From Escherichia coli (GTDB taxonomy: Bacteria; Pseudomonadota; Gammaproteobacteria; Enterobacterales; Enterobacteriaceae): 32,000 bases of DNA. The DNA lies in the NCBI RefSeq assembly GCF_031661015.1, contig NZ_CP134380.1; one strand, written 5' to 3'. The notes beneath the pieces were generated by a model that saw only the letters and a list, made by a program, of their open reading frames with translations, was not told where the DNA came from and did no database searches. Below, in pieces: positions 1 to 12,337 of the stretch (positions are counted from its first letter, which is position 1; each line of letters starts with the position of its first letter). Made by a program: the position numbers and the translations under genes.

Positions 1-2941
<2,941 letters not shown>

Positions 2942-2967
<26 letters not shown>

Positions 2968-3487
2968 TCAGCAACCCCGGTATCAGTTCATCCAGCGCGG
3001 CTGCTTTGTTCATGGCTTTGATGATATCCCGTTTCAGGAAATCAACATGTCGGTTTTCCAGTTCCGGAAAACGCCGCTGCACCGACAGGGGGATCCCGTC
3101 GAGAATACTGGCAATTTCACCTGCGATCCGCGACAACACGAAAGTACAGAATGCGGTTTCCACCACTTCAGCGGAGTCTCTGGCATTCTTCAGTTCCTGT
3201 GCGTCGGCCTGCGCACGCGTAAGTCGATGGCGTTCGTACTCAATAGTCCCTGGCTGGAGATCTGCCTCGCTGGCCTGCCGCAGTTCTTCAACCTCCCGGC
3301 GCAGCTTTTCGTTCTCAATTTCAGCATCCCTTTCGGCATACCATTTTATGACGGCGGCAGAGTCATAAAGCACCTCATTACCCTTGCCACCGCCTCGCAG
3401 AACGGGCATTCCCTGTTCCTGCCAGTTCTGAATGGTACGGATACTCGCACCGAAAATGTCAGCCAGCTGCTTTTTGTTGACTTCCAT
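2942..3487 (-). CDS. Nu1: Terminase small subunit Nu1
   Basis: 181 aa MEVNKKQLADIFGASIRTIQNWQEQGMPVL..., lambda Nu1. Confidence 0.98.
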
Positions 3488-3494
3488 TGTTCAT

Positions 3495-3700
3495 TCCACG
3501 GACAAAAACAGAGAAAGGAAACGACAGAGGCCAAAAAGCTCGCTTTCAGCACCTGTCGTTTCCTTTCTTTTCAGGGGGTATTTTAAATAAAAACATTAAG
3601 TTACGACGAAGAAGAACGGAAACACCTTAAACCGGAAAATTTTCATAAATAGCGAAAACCCGCGAGGTCGCCGCCCCGTAACCTGTCGGATCGCCGGAAA
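3495..3700 (-). promoter_or_regulatory. Lambda-type cos region (cosB/cosN). 12-nt cohesive-end sequence GGGCGGCGACCT, reverse complement at 3665-3676
   Basis: AGGTCGCCGCCC at 3665-3676 inside cccgcgaggtcgccgccccgtaac. The flank up to Nu1 matches the lambda left end, including the GAAAGGAAACGACAG inverted repeat at about 3509-3575. Confidence 0.93.
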
Positions 3701-3875
3701 GGACCCGCAAAATGATAATAATTATCATCTGCATGTCACAACGTGCATCTACGCCATCAAACCACGTCAAATAATCAATTATGACGCAGGTATCGTATTA
3801 ATTGATCTGCATCAACTTAACGTAAAAACAACTTCAGACAATACAAATCAGTGACACTGAATACAGGGCAACCTC

Positions 3876-4109
3876 ATGTCAACGAAGAACAGAACCCGCA
3901 GAACAACAACCCGCAACATCCGCTTTCCTAACCAAATGATTGAACAAATTAACATCGCTCTTGATCAAAAAGGGTCCGGGAATTTCTCAGCCTGGGTCAT
4001 TGAAGCCTGCCGCCGGAGACTGTGCTCAGAAAAAAGAGTTTCTCCTGAAGCAAACAAAGAAAAGAGTGACATTACTGAATTGCTCAGAAAACAGATCAGA
4101 CCAGATTGA
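3876..4109 (+). CDS. YlcI/YnfO-like small protein, ribbon-helix-helix-like N-terminus
   Basis: 77 aa MSTKNRTRRTTTRNIRFPNQMIEQINIALDQKGSGNFSAWVIEACRRRL..., recalled from DLP12/Qin prophage proteins. Confidence 0.8.
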   Translation: MSTKNRTRRTTTRNIRFPNQMIEQINIALDQKGSGNFSAWVIEACRRRLCSEKRVSPEANKEKSDITELLRKQIRPD

Positions 4110-4167
4110 AGCAATTTAGATAATCGTGCAGACTACGCCCCCCTCATATCACATGGAAGGTTTATCT

Positions 4168-4578
4168 ATGGATCAGGTAGTCATTTTTAAACAAATATTT
4201 GATAAAGTTCGAAACGATTTAAACTATCAATGGTTTTATTCTGAGCTAAAACGTCACAATGTCTCACATTACATTTACTATTTAGCCACAGAGAATGTTC
4301 ATATTGTATTAAAAAATGATAATACAGTGTTATTAAAGGGCCTAAAAAACATTGTGTCTGTCAAATTTTCAAAGGATAGGCATCTTATAGAAACGACCTC
4401 TAATAAGCTGAAATCCAGAGAGATCACATTTCAGGAATACAGAAGAAACCTTGCTAAAGCAGGAGTTTTTCGGTGGGTTACAAATATCCACGAACAAAAA
4501 AGATATTACTATACCTTTGATAATTCATTACTCTTTACTGAAAACATACAGAGCACATCACAAATGTTTCCACACTAA
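4168..4578 (+). CDS. ybcV: YbcV-like protein (DUF1398 family)
   Basis: ORF from the internal ATG 4168 with GGAAGG upstream: [48 protein letters not shown]..., resembles DLP12 YbcV. Confidence 0.8.
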   Translation: MDQVVIFKQIFDKVRNDLNYQWFYSELKRHNVSHYIYYLATENVHIVLKNDNTVLLKGLKNIVSVKFSKDRHLIETTSNKLKSREITFQEYRRNLAKAGVFRWVTNIHEQKRYYYTFDNSLLFTENIQSTSQMFPH

Positions 4579-4880
4579 ACCATAACGTCCGGTTTCTTCT
4601 ACCCCTGCACCGGACTGGCTGACATGAAGAGCAACCCCGCGTTCAGTTGACGCGTTAATAACCCGGTGTGCATCGTTTTTGATTATTCCCGCACACTCAC
4701 GCAGAAGGAATTCCCCGTCGGGCTACGGTCATGGTTAATGCGGGAATACGGCGACGATACAGCGCATGATGTGTCAGGCTTGAATACCTTTATCCGTTAA
4801 AAGGGATATCAGTTAAGTTATCCCGTGCAGGGTATAAGCCATTATCAAGCCCCCCGTAGATAGGCTTTGTAATGACATCT

Positions 4881-5406
4881 TCAATTAATCAGCAGTTCAG
4901 GCTGTGTCACCTGCAAGATGTATTCATGCTCGACAGCCAGGACACGCTTCTCTTTCTTCCGTTCGTTCATTAACCGACTGCCGATCGTACCTTTCAGCTT
5001 TGAGCGTGTTTCTTTGATGGCGTAGCGGTGCTGCATTTCTTCGCCAATTGCCATGCGGCGGCTCAGTTGTTCTGCCATCCAGTTGAATGCTGCGATATAG
5101 CTCTCCTTGATTGCCGCAGCAGCTTTCCCGGTGAACCCCATCACAACCATGATCCAGCCATCTTTCGTCAGGCTGTACATCGGGCGAACCTTGCCCTGCT
5201 CATCGATATAATCAGCCGACGCAAAATTGCGTTGGCTAAACTCACGCGAGCAATCAGCCTTAACCTGCTCGATTTTCCTGAGAACATCACCGTGTCGCTT
5301 GCCGAAGTACTTGGCAATTTTTCTGGATGTGGTAACGACCTCTCCGTTTTTGGCTTGCACCATTTCTCGGAAGTCGAAGGCTGGAATAACTGAATGATTA
5401 TTCATA
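4881..5406 (-). CDS. Rha family phage regulatory protein; likely start MNNHSVIPAFDF at 5406 within a longer open frame
   Basis: VTTSRKIAKYFGKRHGDVLRKIEQ...NFASADYIDEQGKVRPMYSLTKDGWIMVVMGFTGKAAAAIKESYIAAFNWME/AEQL is the Rha-domain signature. AAAAGG precedes the ATG. Confidence 0.8.
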
Positions 5407-5539
5407 GCGTCTTTACCTTTTAGAAAGTGAGCCTGTCTCACAGAAAAGCCGCCCGAGAGAGGTCGCCACCTATAACGGCATTTCTCAGGCTCGCTTACTG
5501 AAAGGCTCTCGTTAATATGCGCGTGAGATGCGCTGTGAA

Positions 5540-5575
5540 ATTCAGATATAAAAAGCCCCGCGAATGCGAGGCTAA
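5540..5575 (-). terminator. Rho-independent-like hairpin between the lysis region and the Rha leader
   Basis: agccccgcgaatgcgaggct with a flanking T/A run (ataaaaagccccgcgaatgcgaggctaaatcc). Confidence 0.4.
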
Positions 5576-5607
5576 ATCCTGGTATTTGTAATGAACTGGC
5601 TCTTATC

Positions 5608-5751
5608 TCAACGCAGCCCCTTACTGCGCGCCAGATGCTCAATATCAAGCATCAGCAATGAGATGTTTAATCTGGATTTACTCCAGAAGTGATCACCACC
5701 CTGTCTACAGAGCCAGATGTGAAGGATGATGAGTAAAATTATCGCTATCAT
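5608..5751 (-). CDS. 47-aa predicted small membrane protein downstream of Rz
   Basis: Manually translated: [50 protein letters not shown] overlaps the Rz stop (ATGA at 5748-5751). Hydrophobic N-terminus; below the ORF-track cutoff. Confidence 0.6.
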   Translation of the reverse strand: MIAIILLIILHIWLCRQGGDHFWSKSRLNISLLMLDIEHLARSKGLR

Positions 5752-6227
5752 CGAAGGCATTGCGTCCTAATGTATTCCTGAAGCGTTCTCAGTGCTGTTT
5801 GGTCGCGGATAATTCCGTCCCGGATATCGAGAACGTTTCGTCCAGCAACTGGAGAGAGTTCGACGGTGGCATCATTGCCCATGCCGGAGGCGCTGGAGGT
5901 TTCGGCAGAGGATGGCACAGGGCATTTTCCTTTGACGAGCACCCTGCCACCATTATCAAGCTTCCGCAGAAGAGCATCATTTTCAGCTTTCGCATCAGCT
6001 AACTCCTTCGTGTATTTTGCATCGAGCGCAGCAACATCACGCTGACGCATCTGCATGTCAGTAATTGCCGCGTTCGCCAGCTTCAGTTCTCTGACATTTT
6101 TGTCGCGCTGGGCTTTGTAGGTAATGGCGTTATCACGGTAATGATTAACAGCCCATGACAGGCAGACGATGATGCAGATAACCAGAGCGGAGATAATCGC
6201 GGTTACTCTGTTCATTGCTGACCCCAC
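5748..6227 (-). CDS. Rz: Spanin i-subunit Rz
   Basis: 159 aa with N-terminal TM ([27 protein letters not shown]) and coiled-coil-like middle; follows the endolysin. Confidence 0.92.
   Translation of the reverse strand: MGSAMNRVTAIISALVICIIVCLSWAVNHYRDNAITYKAQRDKNVRELKLANAAITDMQMRQRDVAALDAKYTKELADAKAENDALLRKLDNGGRVLVKGKCPVPSSAETSSASGMGNDATVELSPVAGRNVLDIRDGIIRDQTALRTLQEYIRTQCLR
5789..5995 (-). CDS. Rz1: Spanin o-subunit lipoprotein Rz1, nested in Rz
   Basis: 68 aa [45 protein letters not shown]..., with lipobox (VAGC) and proline-rich segment, in an alternate frame inside Rz. Confidence 0.9.
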   Translation of the reverse strand: MRKLKMMLFCGSLIMVAGCSSKENALCHPLPKPPAPPAWAMMPPSNSLQLLDETFSISGTELSATKQH

Positions 6228-6709
6228 AAACAGATTTCACGCTCAATCTCACGACGAGTCATGAGACCTTTCCATTGCTTACCGCCAGCATATGTCCAGC
6301 GACGTAGCTGATCACATGCGCCTTTGATATCGCCCTGGTTTATTTTGCGAAGAAGCGTCGATGTTCTGAAATTGCCAGCACCCACGTTGTAAACGAATGA
6401 GTAAAGAGCGCCGCGCATTGTTTCCGGTATATCGACTTTGATGTACGGGTTAATTTGTCTGGCGACCGTGGCAAGGTCTTTATTCAGGAGGGCTTTGCAT
6501 TCTGCTTTGGTATACGTTTTACCGAGCATGATGTCTTTTCCTGTATGCCCGTGACATACAGTCCATACACCAACAATATCTTTGTATGGTATGTAGCTGA
6601 CACCTTCCAGACCATCGTTACCACTTGGGCCAGTAATTAACACTGATGCTATAGCAATTGCTCCGCCACCAATAGCAGCAGCAACGGCTTTTCGTAATGA
6701 TGGAGGCAT
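6212..6709 (-). CDS. Endolysin, SAR-type lysozyme (R21/RrrD-like)
   Basis: 165 aa [57 protein letters not shown]...; weakly hydrophobic glycine/alanine-rich N-terminus followed by the E-D-T-containing muramidase region. Confidence 0.92.
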   Translation of the reverse strand: MPPSLRKAVAAAIGGGAIAIASVLITGPSGNDGLEGVSYIPYKDIVGVWTVCHGHTGKDIMLGKTYTKAECKALLNKDLATVARQINPYIKVDIPETMRGALYSFVYNVGAGNFRTSTLLRKINQGDIKGACDQLRRWTYAGGKQWKGLMTRREIEREICLWGQQ

Positions 6710-6924
6710 TATTCACCTCTCGCAGCCTTGCGCTTATCTTCTTTAATCTTGAAATAAAGGTTTGTCAGGTACGTCAGCAGGCCAAATACCAGGCTACCCA
6801 GCACACCTATTGCTGCCCACTGTGAGGGCGTGACTTTATCGAGCAGCTGTAAAAACCAGTAACCGGCACTACCTGCTGAGGTGCCATAGGCGACACCCGT
6901 TGTTAACTTATCCATGGATTTCAT
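6709..6924 (-). CDS. S: Pinholin S (phage 21 / EssD type), dual-start MKSMDK
   Basis: 71 aa [72 protein letters not shown]21-like, with starts at 6924 and 6915. Confidence 0.93.
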
Positions 6925-7063
6925 AACCCCACCTCGCAGACAAAGCGGGTGTAAATTGAGGGAATACAACGTATCGCAAAAAAGCAGAAACGTAACAGAC
7001 TCGGAGTCAGTGAATAACTCAGGTATTGGGTTATCAGCTAATATCGAGACTCAAAAAATGGAA

Positions 7064-7087
7064 AAACCCGCTCGACGGCGGGTTTAA
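7064..7087. terminator. Hairpin terminator-like sequence upstream (late-strand sense) of S
   Basis: aaacccgctcgacggcgggttt: inverted repeat with A/T flanks. Confidence 0.45.
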
Positions 7088-7511
7088 GCTGTGTGACGAA
7101 GTAACCACTCTTAACAGCATAACCAATTTTTTACGTACGTAAACCACTAAATGATATTTGCGAGAATGCTACCGAGTATTGAAAACACCACTACAAATAC
7201 ATAAGCAAATCTCAACAAATAACCAACAAATAATTTCCAGCGTTATTTTTAGCTGGTTTAAATTGAATCTTCAAATTATAGAGCACTTATAAATAACAGC
7301 CATTAATATAAATTGGCTAATAGATTTATTTTTATTCAGCCAAGAGCCATGAATAGGATTCGATAGAAAAAGTTCAGATAAAAATAGAGATCTACTTCAC
7401 AAATCAAATGAGAAACCAAAACTTACATCTTGAAATAATCACATTGATTAGATGAATATTTATCGCGCAGTGACATCATTTTTTAATAATAGTTCAAAAA
7501 AAGGGCTCACG

Positions 7512-8594
7512 ATGAAAAAATTAACAGTGGCAATTTCTGCTGTAGCTGCATCAGTACTGATGGCGATGTCTGCTCAGGCAGCTGAAATTTATAATAAAGA
7601 CAGTAACAAGCTGGATCTGTACGGGAAAGTTAATGCTAAGCACTACTTCTCCTCTAATGATGCAGATGATGGTGATACTACTTATGCCCGTCTTGGCTTC
7701 AAAGGTGAAACCCAAATCAACGATCAACTGACTGGTTTCGGTCAGTGGGAATATGAATTCAAAGGCAACCGCGCTGAATCTCAAGGTTCCTCCAAAGATA
7801 AAACCCGTCTTGCCTTCGCTGGCCTGAAATTCGGTGACTACGGCTCCATCGATTATGGCCGTAACTACGGTGTAGCATACGATATTGGTGCATGGACCGA
7901 CGTTCTGCCAGAATTCGGTGGCGATACCTGGACCCAAACAGATGTATTCATGACTGGTCGCACCACAGGTGTTGCAACTTATCGTAACAATGACTTCTTT
8001 GGTCTGGTTGATGGTCTGAACTTTGCTGCTCAGTATCAGGGTAAAAATGACCGCACTGACGTAACTGAAGCTAATGGTGATGGTTTCGGTTTCTCCACTA
8101 CTTATGAGTATGAAGGATTCGGTGTAGGTGCAACCTATGCTAAATCTGACCGCACTAATAATCAGGTTATCTACGGTAACAACAGCCTGAATGCATCTGG
8201 TCAAAATGCTGAAGTATGGGCAGCTGGTCTGAAATATGATGCGAACAACATCTATCTGGCTACCACCTATTCTGAAACCCAGAACATGACTGTTTTTGGT
8301 AATAACCATATTGCCAACAAAGCACAAAACTTCGAAGCTGTTGCACAATATCAGTTCGACTTCGGCCTGCGTCCATCCGTTGCTTACCTGCATTCTAAAG
8401 GAAAAGACTTGGGTGTTTGGGGTGATCAGGACCTGGTTGAATATGTTGATGTAGGTGCAACCTATTACTTCAACAAAAATATGTCCACTTTTGTTGACTA
8501 CAAAATCAACCTGATTGATAAGAGCGATTTCACGAAAGCATCTGGCGTTGCTACCGATGATATCGTTGCTGTAGGTATGGTTTACCAGTTCTAA
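7512..8594 (+). CDS. nmpC: Outer membrane porin of the NmpC / phage PA-2 Lc type
   Basis: 360 aa [48 protein letters not shown]...VAVGMVYQF, with signal peptide and OmpC/OmpF-like C-terminal Phe. Frame opens at 7452, but 7512 has the purine-rich RBS (aaggg) and the signal peptide start. Confidence 0.93.
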   Translation: MKKLTVAISAVAASVLMAMSAQAAEIYNKDSNKLDLYGKVNAKHYFSSNDADDGDTTYARLGFKGETQINDQLTGFGQWEYEFKGNRAESQGSSKDKTRLAFAGLKFGDYGSIDYGRNYGVAYDIGAWTDVLPEFGGDTWTQTDVFMTGRTTGVATYRNNDFFGLVDGLNFAAQYQGKNDRTDVTEANGDGFGFSTTYEYEGFGVGATYAKSDRTNNQVIYGNNSLNASGQNAEVWAAGLKYDANNIYLATTYSETQNMTVFGNNHIANKAQNFEAVAQYQFDFGLRPSVAYLHSKGKDLGVWGDQDLVEYVDVGATYYFNKNMSTFVDYKINLIDKSDFTKASGVATDDIVAVGMVYQF

Positions 8595-8612
8595 TTTGAT
8601 TACTAAAAGATA

Positions 8613-8750
8613 TGTTGTGGGAGGCTTTGCCTCCCCAACATATAAGTGGCTCCCTCAAGCCACTTCCTTTAGAAGCACAACCTTGCTTCTAACTATACAA
8701 ACCTTCTGTTATATATTACCCTTTATTTTTGGGGGCGTTTCAACGCCCCA
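8613..8750. terminator. Cluster of four hairpins between porin and Q
   Basis: TGTTGtGGGAGGCtttGCCTCCCCAACA (8613-8640), GTGGCtccctcaaGCCAC (8646-8663), AGAAGCacaaccttGCTTCT (8671-8690), GGGGCGtttcaaCGCCCC with flanking T runs (8733-8750). Confidence 0.6.
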
Positions 8751-8782
8751 TTTTTAATAACTTTTAGTAAATAATTGGCGTA

Positions 8783-9166
8783 TTAATTAGAGTTATTAAC
8801 AACGATATCCATCTCTAACCGGATATCTAATGCCATTAACATCCCTTCAATTATGCCCTCAGCCTTCTGTAACCTTTTCCCGATATAACCATCAGAGCAG
8901 CAATGCTTACCTGCCAGTGACATGAATGTCATACCGACTACATAATAATCTACTAATAAATCGTGCAAATCGCTGTTGTTCTTTTTCAGACGGGCCATGC
9001 ACCCGCAAATGATCATCGCGTCATCGTCACAACATTGCGGGCGAGATTTTACTTTTGAAGTAATTAATCCCTTAAAACCGGCGGCAATGGACGACCAGGT
9101 CACATCTTCATGATTATTAGCCGCCCACGCTCCCCAACGCTCAAGAACCATCTGAATATCACGCAT
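8783..9166 (-). CDS. Q: Late antitermination protein Q (DLP12 QuuD / PA-2 type)
   Basis: 127 aa [35 protein letters not shown]..., DLP12 Q-like. The open frame extends upstream to 9181. Confidence 0.92.
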   Translation of the reverse strand: MRDIQMVLERWGAWAANNHEDVTWSSIAAGFKGLITSKVKSRPQCCDDDAMIICGCMARLKKNNSDLHDLLVDYYVVGMTFMSLAGKHCCSDGYIGKRLQKAEGIIEGMLMALDIRLEMDIVVNNSN

Positions 9167-9388
9167 CAACTTACTCCACAAAAATCAGACCAGAACGCCA
9201 ATTACAAGCAAAAATCAACAAAACAGTATTAGTTGATTGTTATCTCTGACTTCATACTCCTGCTCCTGTCAGGGTTTTGGCGTAATTCTTCAGTATTCGG
9301 TAATAGGTCAAAACAGAACCGGGGAAACGATATAAGCGCAGACGCCCCCAGCGGTGGCGAAGACGTTCTGCCATATAAAACTCAAACA

Positions 9389-9751
9389 TCATTCATTCCC
9401 CATTTCGGTGATGGTCAGTTCCAGCCTCCCACCTTTGGTAACAGGCATCTTCACAACGCGGTAATCAACGACCTGAGCATCATCCAGCCAGAAACCTGCT
9501 TTAGTGAGTGCGTCAAAAGCGGCTTTTTGCAGATTATCCAGGTCACGGCGACGGCGATCCGGCATGTGGCACTCAATGCGGATTTTCACAGGCATAGCCA
9601 GGCCGATATCCAGCATTGCGTTTTTAATGATTCGGGCGACGTTATCGCGGTATGCCTGCCCCTCTGCGCTGACGTGCGTGCGCCCGCGATTATGGCGGTA
9701 ATAGCGATTATTGCTCGGAGGCCAGGGTAATGTGATGCTGTAGGTATTCAC
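9389..9751 (-). CDS. rusA: RusA family Holliday junction resolvase
   Basis: 120 aa [47 protein letters not shown]..., RusA. Confidence 0.96.
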   Translation of the reverse strand: MNTYSITLPWPPSNNRYYRHNRGRTHVSAEGQAYRDNVARIIKNAMLDIGLAMPVKIRIECHMPDRRRRDLDNLQKAAFDALTKAGFWLDDAQVVDYRVVKMPVTKGGRLELTITEMGNE

Positions 9752-10038
9752 GCCTTAATAACCCCCTCTTTCAGCCAGATAACCTGTGTTCTCGCCATAC
9801 CTTCCAGCGCGCATTCTTTTGCATATGCAGCATCGACAAAATGTGTGCGGCGGTCGATTTCGTCGTGGCAGGCAGAACATGCAATGGTGGCAATCAGGTC
9901 TGGCGGTTTGGTACCGGTGCCGCACAATCCAGTCAGCCGGATATGTGCCAGTACAGACGTTTCAGAATTGCCATTACATACGCCAGGGATTCTTACCTGG
10001 CATTCCCGACCACGCGCTGCTTTTCTCAAATCAGCCAT
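9748..10038 (-). CDS. ybcO: YbcO-like DUF1364 putative nuclease
   Basis: [66 protein letters not shown]..., 96 aa; overlaps rusA. Confidence 0.9.
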   Translation of the reverse strand: MADLRKAARGRECQVRIPGVCNGNSETSVLAHIRLTGLCGTGTKPPDLIATIACSACHDEIDRRTHFVDAAYAKECALEGMARTQVIWLKEGVIKA

Positions 10039-10201
10039 GATTCCTCCTTGCTGCCAGTCGCAACCATTTTTTATCAACCAGGCTGGCGGTATATCCGAGC
10101 AGTGTTGGTATTTCGGATGGCTTCGGCTCAGGCTTACGCTTACGACGATTTGATACTCTGTAGATGTGTCCGTTCATGACACGAATAAGCGGTGTAGCCA
10201 T
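10031..10201 (-). CDS. ylcG: Small YlcG-like protein
   Basis: Manual translation: [56 protein letters not shown]. 56 aa, overlaps the start of ybcO; position matches ylcG in DLP12. Confidence 0.6.
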   Translation of the reverse strand: MATPLIRVMNGHIYRVSNRRKRKPEPKPSEIPTLLGYTASLVDKKWLRLAARRNHG

Positions 10202-10656
10202 TACGCCTCCTGCTTGTCACGGAGCAGCTGGAACTCGCAGCTCTGCGGAATAGTCAGGTGGCAGCCAATATTCACCGCCCAGGCTTCAACCTTACACAGG
10301 AAGACATACATCTCTCCGGTATCGAGGTCGGAGGTATGGCGTAACGACTGAATAGTGGTGATTTCACCGGTTATGACATCAACCAGTTCTTTGGTTTCAT
10401 AACCGAGGTATGTGTGTTTGAGAGCATCTTTTACCCATGCTGCAGTAGCGAACGATTTCCCCCTGCTTATGAGGTATTCACTGATTTCGCTGTACCACAT
10501 GTGGCTGAGTGCATTCTGGGAAAGGCTGCGTTTCTCACGCCACGGTTTAAGCACCATGCGAAAGCATTTGCCTTCCTCCAGATAAGGCTGGATCTGCTGG
10601 CCGATAGCAGTGAAGTTACCACGATGCAATTTGATGCCGTCTTGTGGGAGGTTCAC
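10201..10656 (-). CDS. ninB: NinB / YbcN recombination-associated protein (GTG start)
   Basis: 151 aa ...[59 protein letters not shown]...; GGAGGTG precedes the GTG start. Confidence 0.92.
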   Translation of the reverse strand: MNLPQDGIKLHRGNFTAIGQQIQPYLEEGKCFRMVLKPWREKRSLSQNALSHMWYSEISEYLISRGKSFATAAWVKDALKHTYLGYETKELVDVITGEITTIQSLRHTSDLDTGEMYVFLCKVEAWAVNIGCHLTIPQSCEFQLLRDKQEA

Positions 10657-10754
10657 GCTTCACCTCCGCAGAGGTCAAACGCTGGATGCAAAAAATCGCA
10701 GGTGCATCTCTGCATCTGTGAAGGGAGAAGAGAGTTTGGATTGTATGTGCGCAT
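10653..10754 (-). CDS. ylcH: 33-aa YlcH-like small protein
   Basis: Manual translation: [33 protein letters not shown]. Stop overlaps the GTG start of ninB; size and position match DLP12 ylcH. Confidence 0.55.
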   Translation of the reverse strand: MRTYNPNSLLPSQMQRCTCDFLHPAFDLCGGEA

Positions 10755-10845
10755 AAACGTCCCCGTTTAGCGCAGAAGTCACCGATGTTTTTCAGGCTCC
10801 GGTGACATTATTATTGCTGGTTGATTATGGAAAATCAAAGGTAGA

Positions 10846-11328
10846 TTAATTTAATAATCCTTGGAGAAATCTCACGCACCACCTCAATAGTTGCGCTTGC
10901 TCTTGAGAATCAACAAAAAGATAAGCGTCTTTATTTCCGTGGAAAAGGTTATTTCTTATCCTTATAACTATCTTTAATACTGTAGACATGGTGTTTAGAT
11001 CTGTTGCTGCGTCATTTTGAAGTCCATTAACTATTCCCCGCCTATCTCTCTCTCGACCGACACAGAGGGCGTCAAGTCTTTCCTGCGCATCCCCATTCAA
11101 AATGTATCTCTGCTTAAAATCGTGAAAAAGTTCGTTGGGCACCTTTATCCCGGCGTCAAGTAACGTTCGCGCATAATTTAAACTGTCTTCCCCCTTAGCA
11201 AAGCCACCAAAAAAACTTTGCTCGACCCTAGGAAAAATCATGCAGAATTGAAGATAAACATCAATCAGTTCATCAGATGGAGGCTCCGATAAATTAAGTA
11301 ACCGCTGCAGTCCTTCTGCACTTATCAT
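10846..11328 (-). CDS. Uncharacterised 160-aa protein with HEPN-like C-terminal RNNLFH motif
   Basis: ...[52 protein letters not shown]. The R-x4-H pattern in a predicted helical segment is HEPN-like. Confidence 0.75.
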   Translation of the reverse strand: MISAEGLQRLLNLSEPPSDELIDVYLQFCMIFPRVEQSFFGGFAKGEDSLNYARTLLDAGIKVPNELFHDFKQRYILNGDAQERLDALCVGRERDRRGIVNGLQNDAATDLNTMSTVLKIVIRIRNNLFHGNKDAYLFVDSQEQAQLLRWCVRFLQGLLN

Positions 11329-11573
11329 TTTTCACCTTCCTGCTTAAGATGTCGAGGAGCGGATGCCTTGGGCAGCGCGATGCTCTGCTCGCGGTAATGT
11401 CGTGGCCGCTCCAAAAAATAGTCCCGCAAATGCTCAGGCTGCTCACGCATCACCGCTTCGGCAATAACCGGTATATTAAGGCGCTCTTTGTAGGTAACTC
11501 AGGAGACAGCAAGGTCAACGTTAACCTTCTCGCGCTCTTCTTGTGTTTTAGCGGCAATATTCCGCTTCGACAT
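11325..11573 (-). pseudogene. HolE (DNA pol III theta) / P1 Hot-like gene with an in-frame TGA at codon 25 (11499-11501)
   Basis: Manual translation: [81 protein letters not shown]. Resembles recalled HolE/Hot (KVNVDLAxxGVxxKERxNxPVIAExVxREQPExLR). Final stop overlaps the HEPN-like start (ATGA 11325-11328). Confidence 0.85.
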
Positions 11574-11584
11574 GGCGTTACGTT

Positions 11585-12337
11585 TTACTCCTTTTTGGGT
11601 GCATACACGTTGTTTATCCGTTCAATATGAATAGTTACATCCGGGCTTTCTAAGAATAAGAAGTCAATCAAATGACCAATGAGAATGCAGGCATCATTAA
11701 TAGAGGACCTTGTGACTTTAATCCCTCCATGACTGCCGTGATTCCCCAACCACTTTAACGCCATGAATGCATCTTTATTTGGTCCCAGTTTATCTGAATA
11801 ATTTGTGATTCTTTCATGCGTAGAAAGACGTATTATCTTGCCTTTAACTGTTTTCTCTCTTGGTACATCAAGACTATCAAGCATCATCTCCAGTATGGTT
11901 CTCATGGTGTTCACCGCTGAAGCTGGGTGCGAGGGGATCAGAGCTGATACTTCCGCCAAGAGATCAGCTATATCTTCAGGGCACTTTTCAGGAAACAGGA
12001 ATAGAGGAAGTGGTGGATAGAAATACTTAGGACGGAAACCAGAAACATACCAACGCTCCGTCATTTCGTCATTGAAGCATTCTACAGCAACAACCTGCCC
12101 AGACAAAGCAACCTTCTCCTGGCAGGCTTGGCGGGTACAGCGCAGCACGCAACTGAATACTCCTCCCGACATTTCCTCATCAAACCATACTTCATCTCTA
12201 AACTGAGTTGTTGCGCTTGAATCAGTTTCTACAAAACTATCAGCGACAATCTCCAGTGTTTCATTCATACAGTTCGGGCAGCGCCAAGCTGGTGCGTCAT
12301 TTCGTTTAAACGTGGCATACAGTAATTTAGGATCCAT
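11585..12337 (-). CDS. DUF4145-like protein with N-terminal zinc-ribbon-like cysteines
   Basis: 250 aa, AWRCPNCMNETLEI...SCVLRCTRQACQEKVALSGQ...LLAEVSALIPSHPASAVNTMRTILEMMLDSL...ITNYSDKLGPNKDAFMALKWLGNHGSHGG..., typical DUF4145 layout. Confidence 0.75.
   Translation of the reverse strand: MDPKLLYATFKRNDAPAWRCPNCMNETLEIVADSFVETDSSATTQFRDEVWFDEEMSGGVFSCVLRCTRQACQEKVALSGQVVAVECFNDEMTERWYVSGFRPKYFYPPLPLFLFPEKCPEDIADLLAEVSALIPSHPASAVNTMRTILEMMLDSLDVPREKTVKGKIIRLSTHERITNYSDKLGPNKDAFMALKWLGNHGSHGGIKVTRSSINDACILIGHLIDFLFLESPDVTIHIERINNVYAPKKE

Noticed and set aside
3507-3575. Inverted repeat GAGAAAGGAAACGACAG...CTGTCGTTTCCTTTC considered as a transposon end or novel element
   Set aside because: It is part of the standard lambda cosB region between cosN and Nu1.
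7551-8393. Minus-strand 280-aa ORF across the porin
   Set aside because: Long antisense shadow ORF of the porin gene; the translation has no recognisable features.
11349-11630. Plus-strand 93-aa [17 protein letters not shown]...
   Set aside because: Antisense to the clear HolE/Hot-like coding sequence on the minus strand; no RBS or family resemblance.
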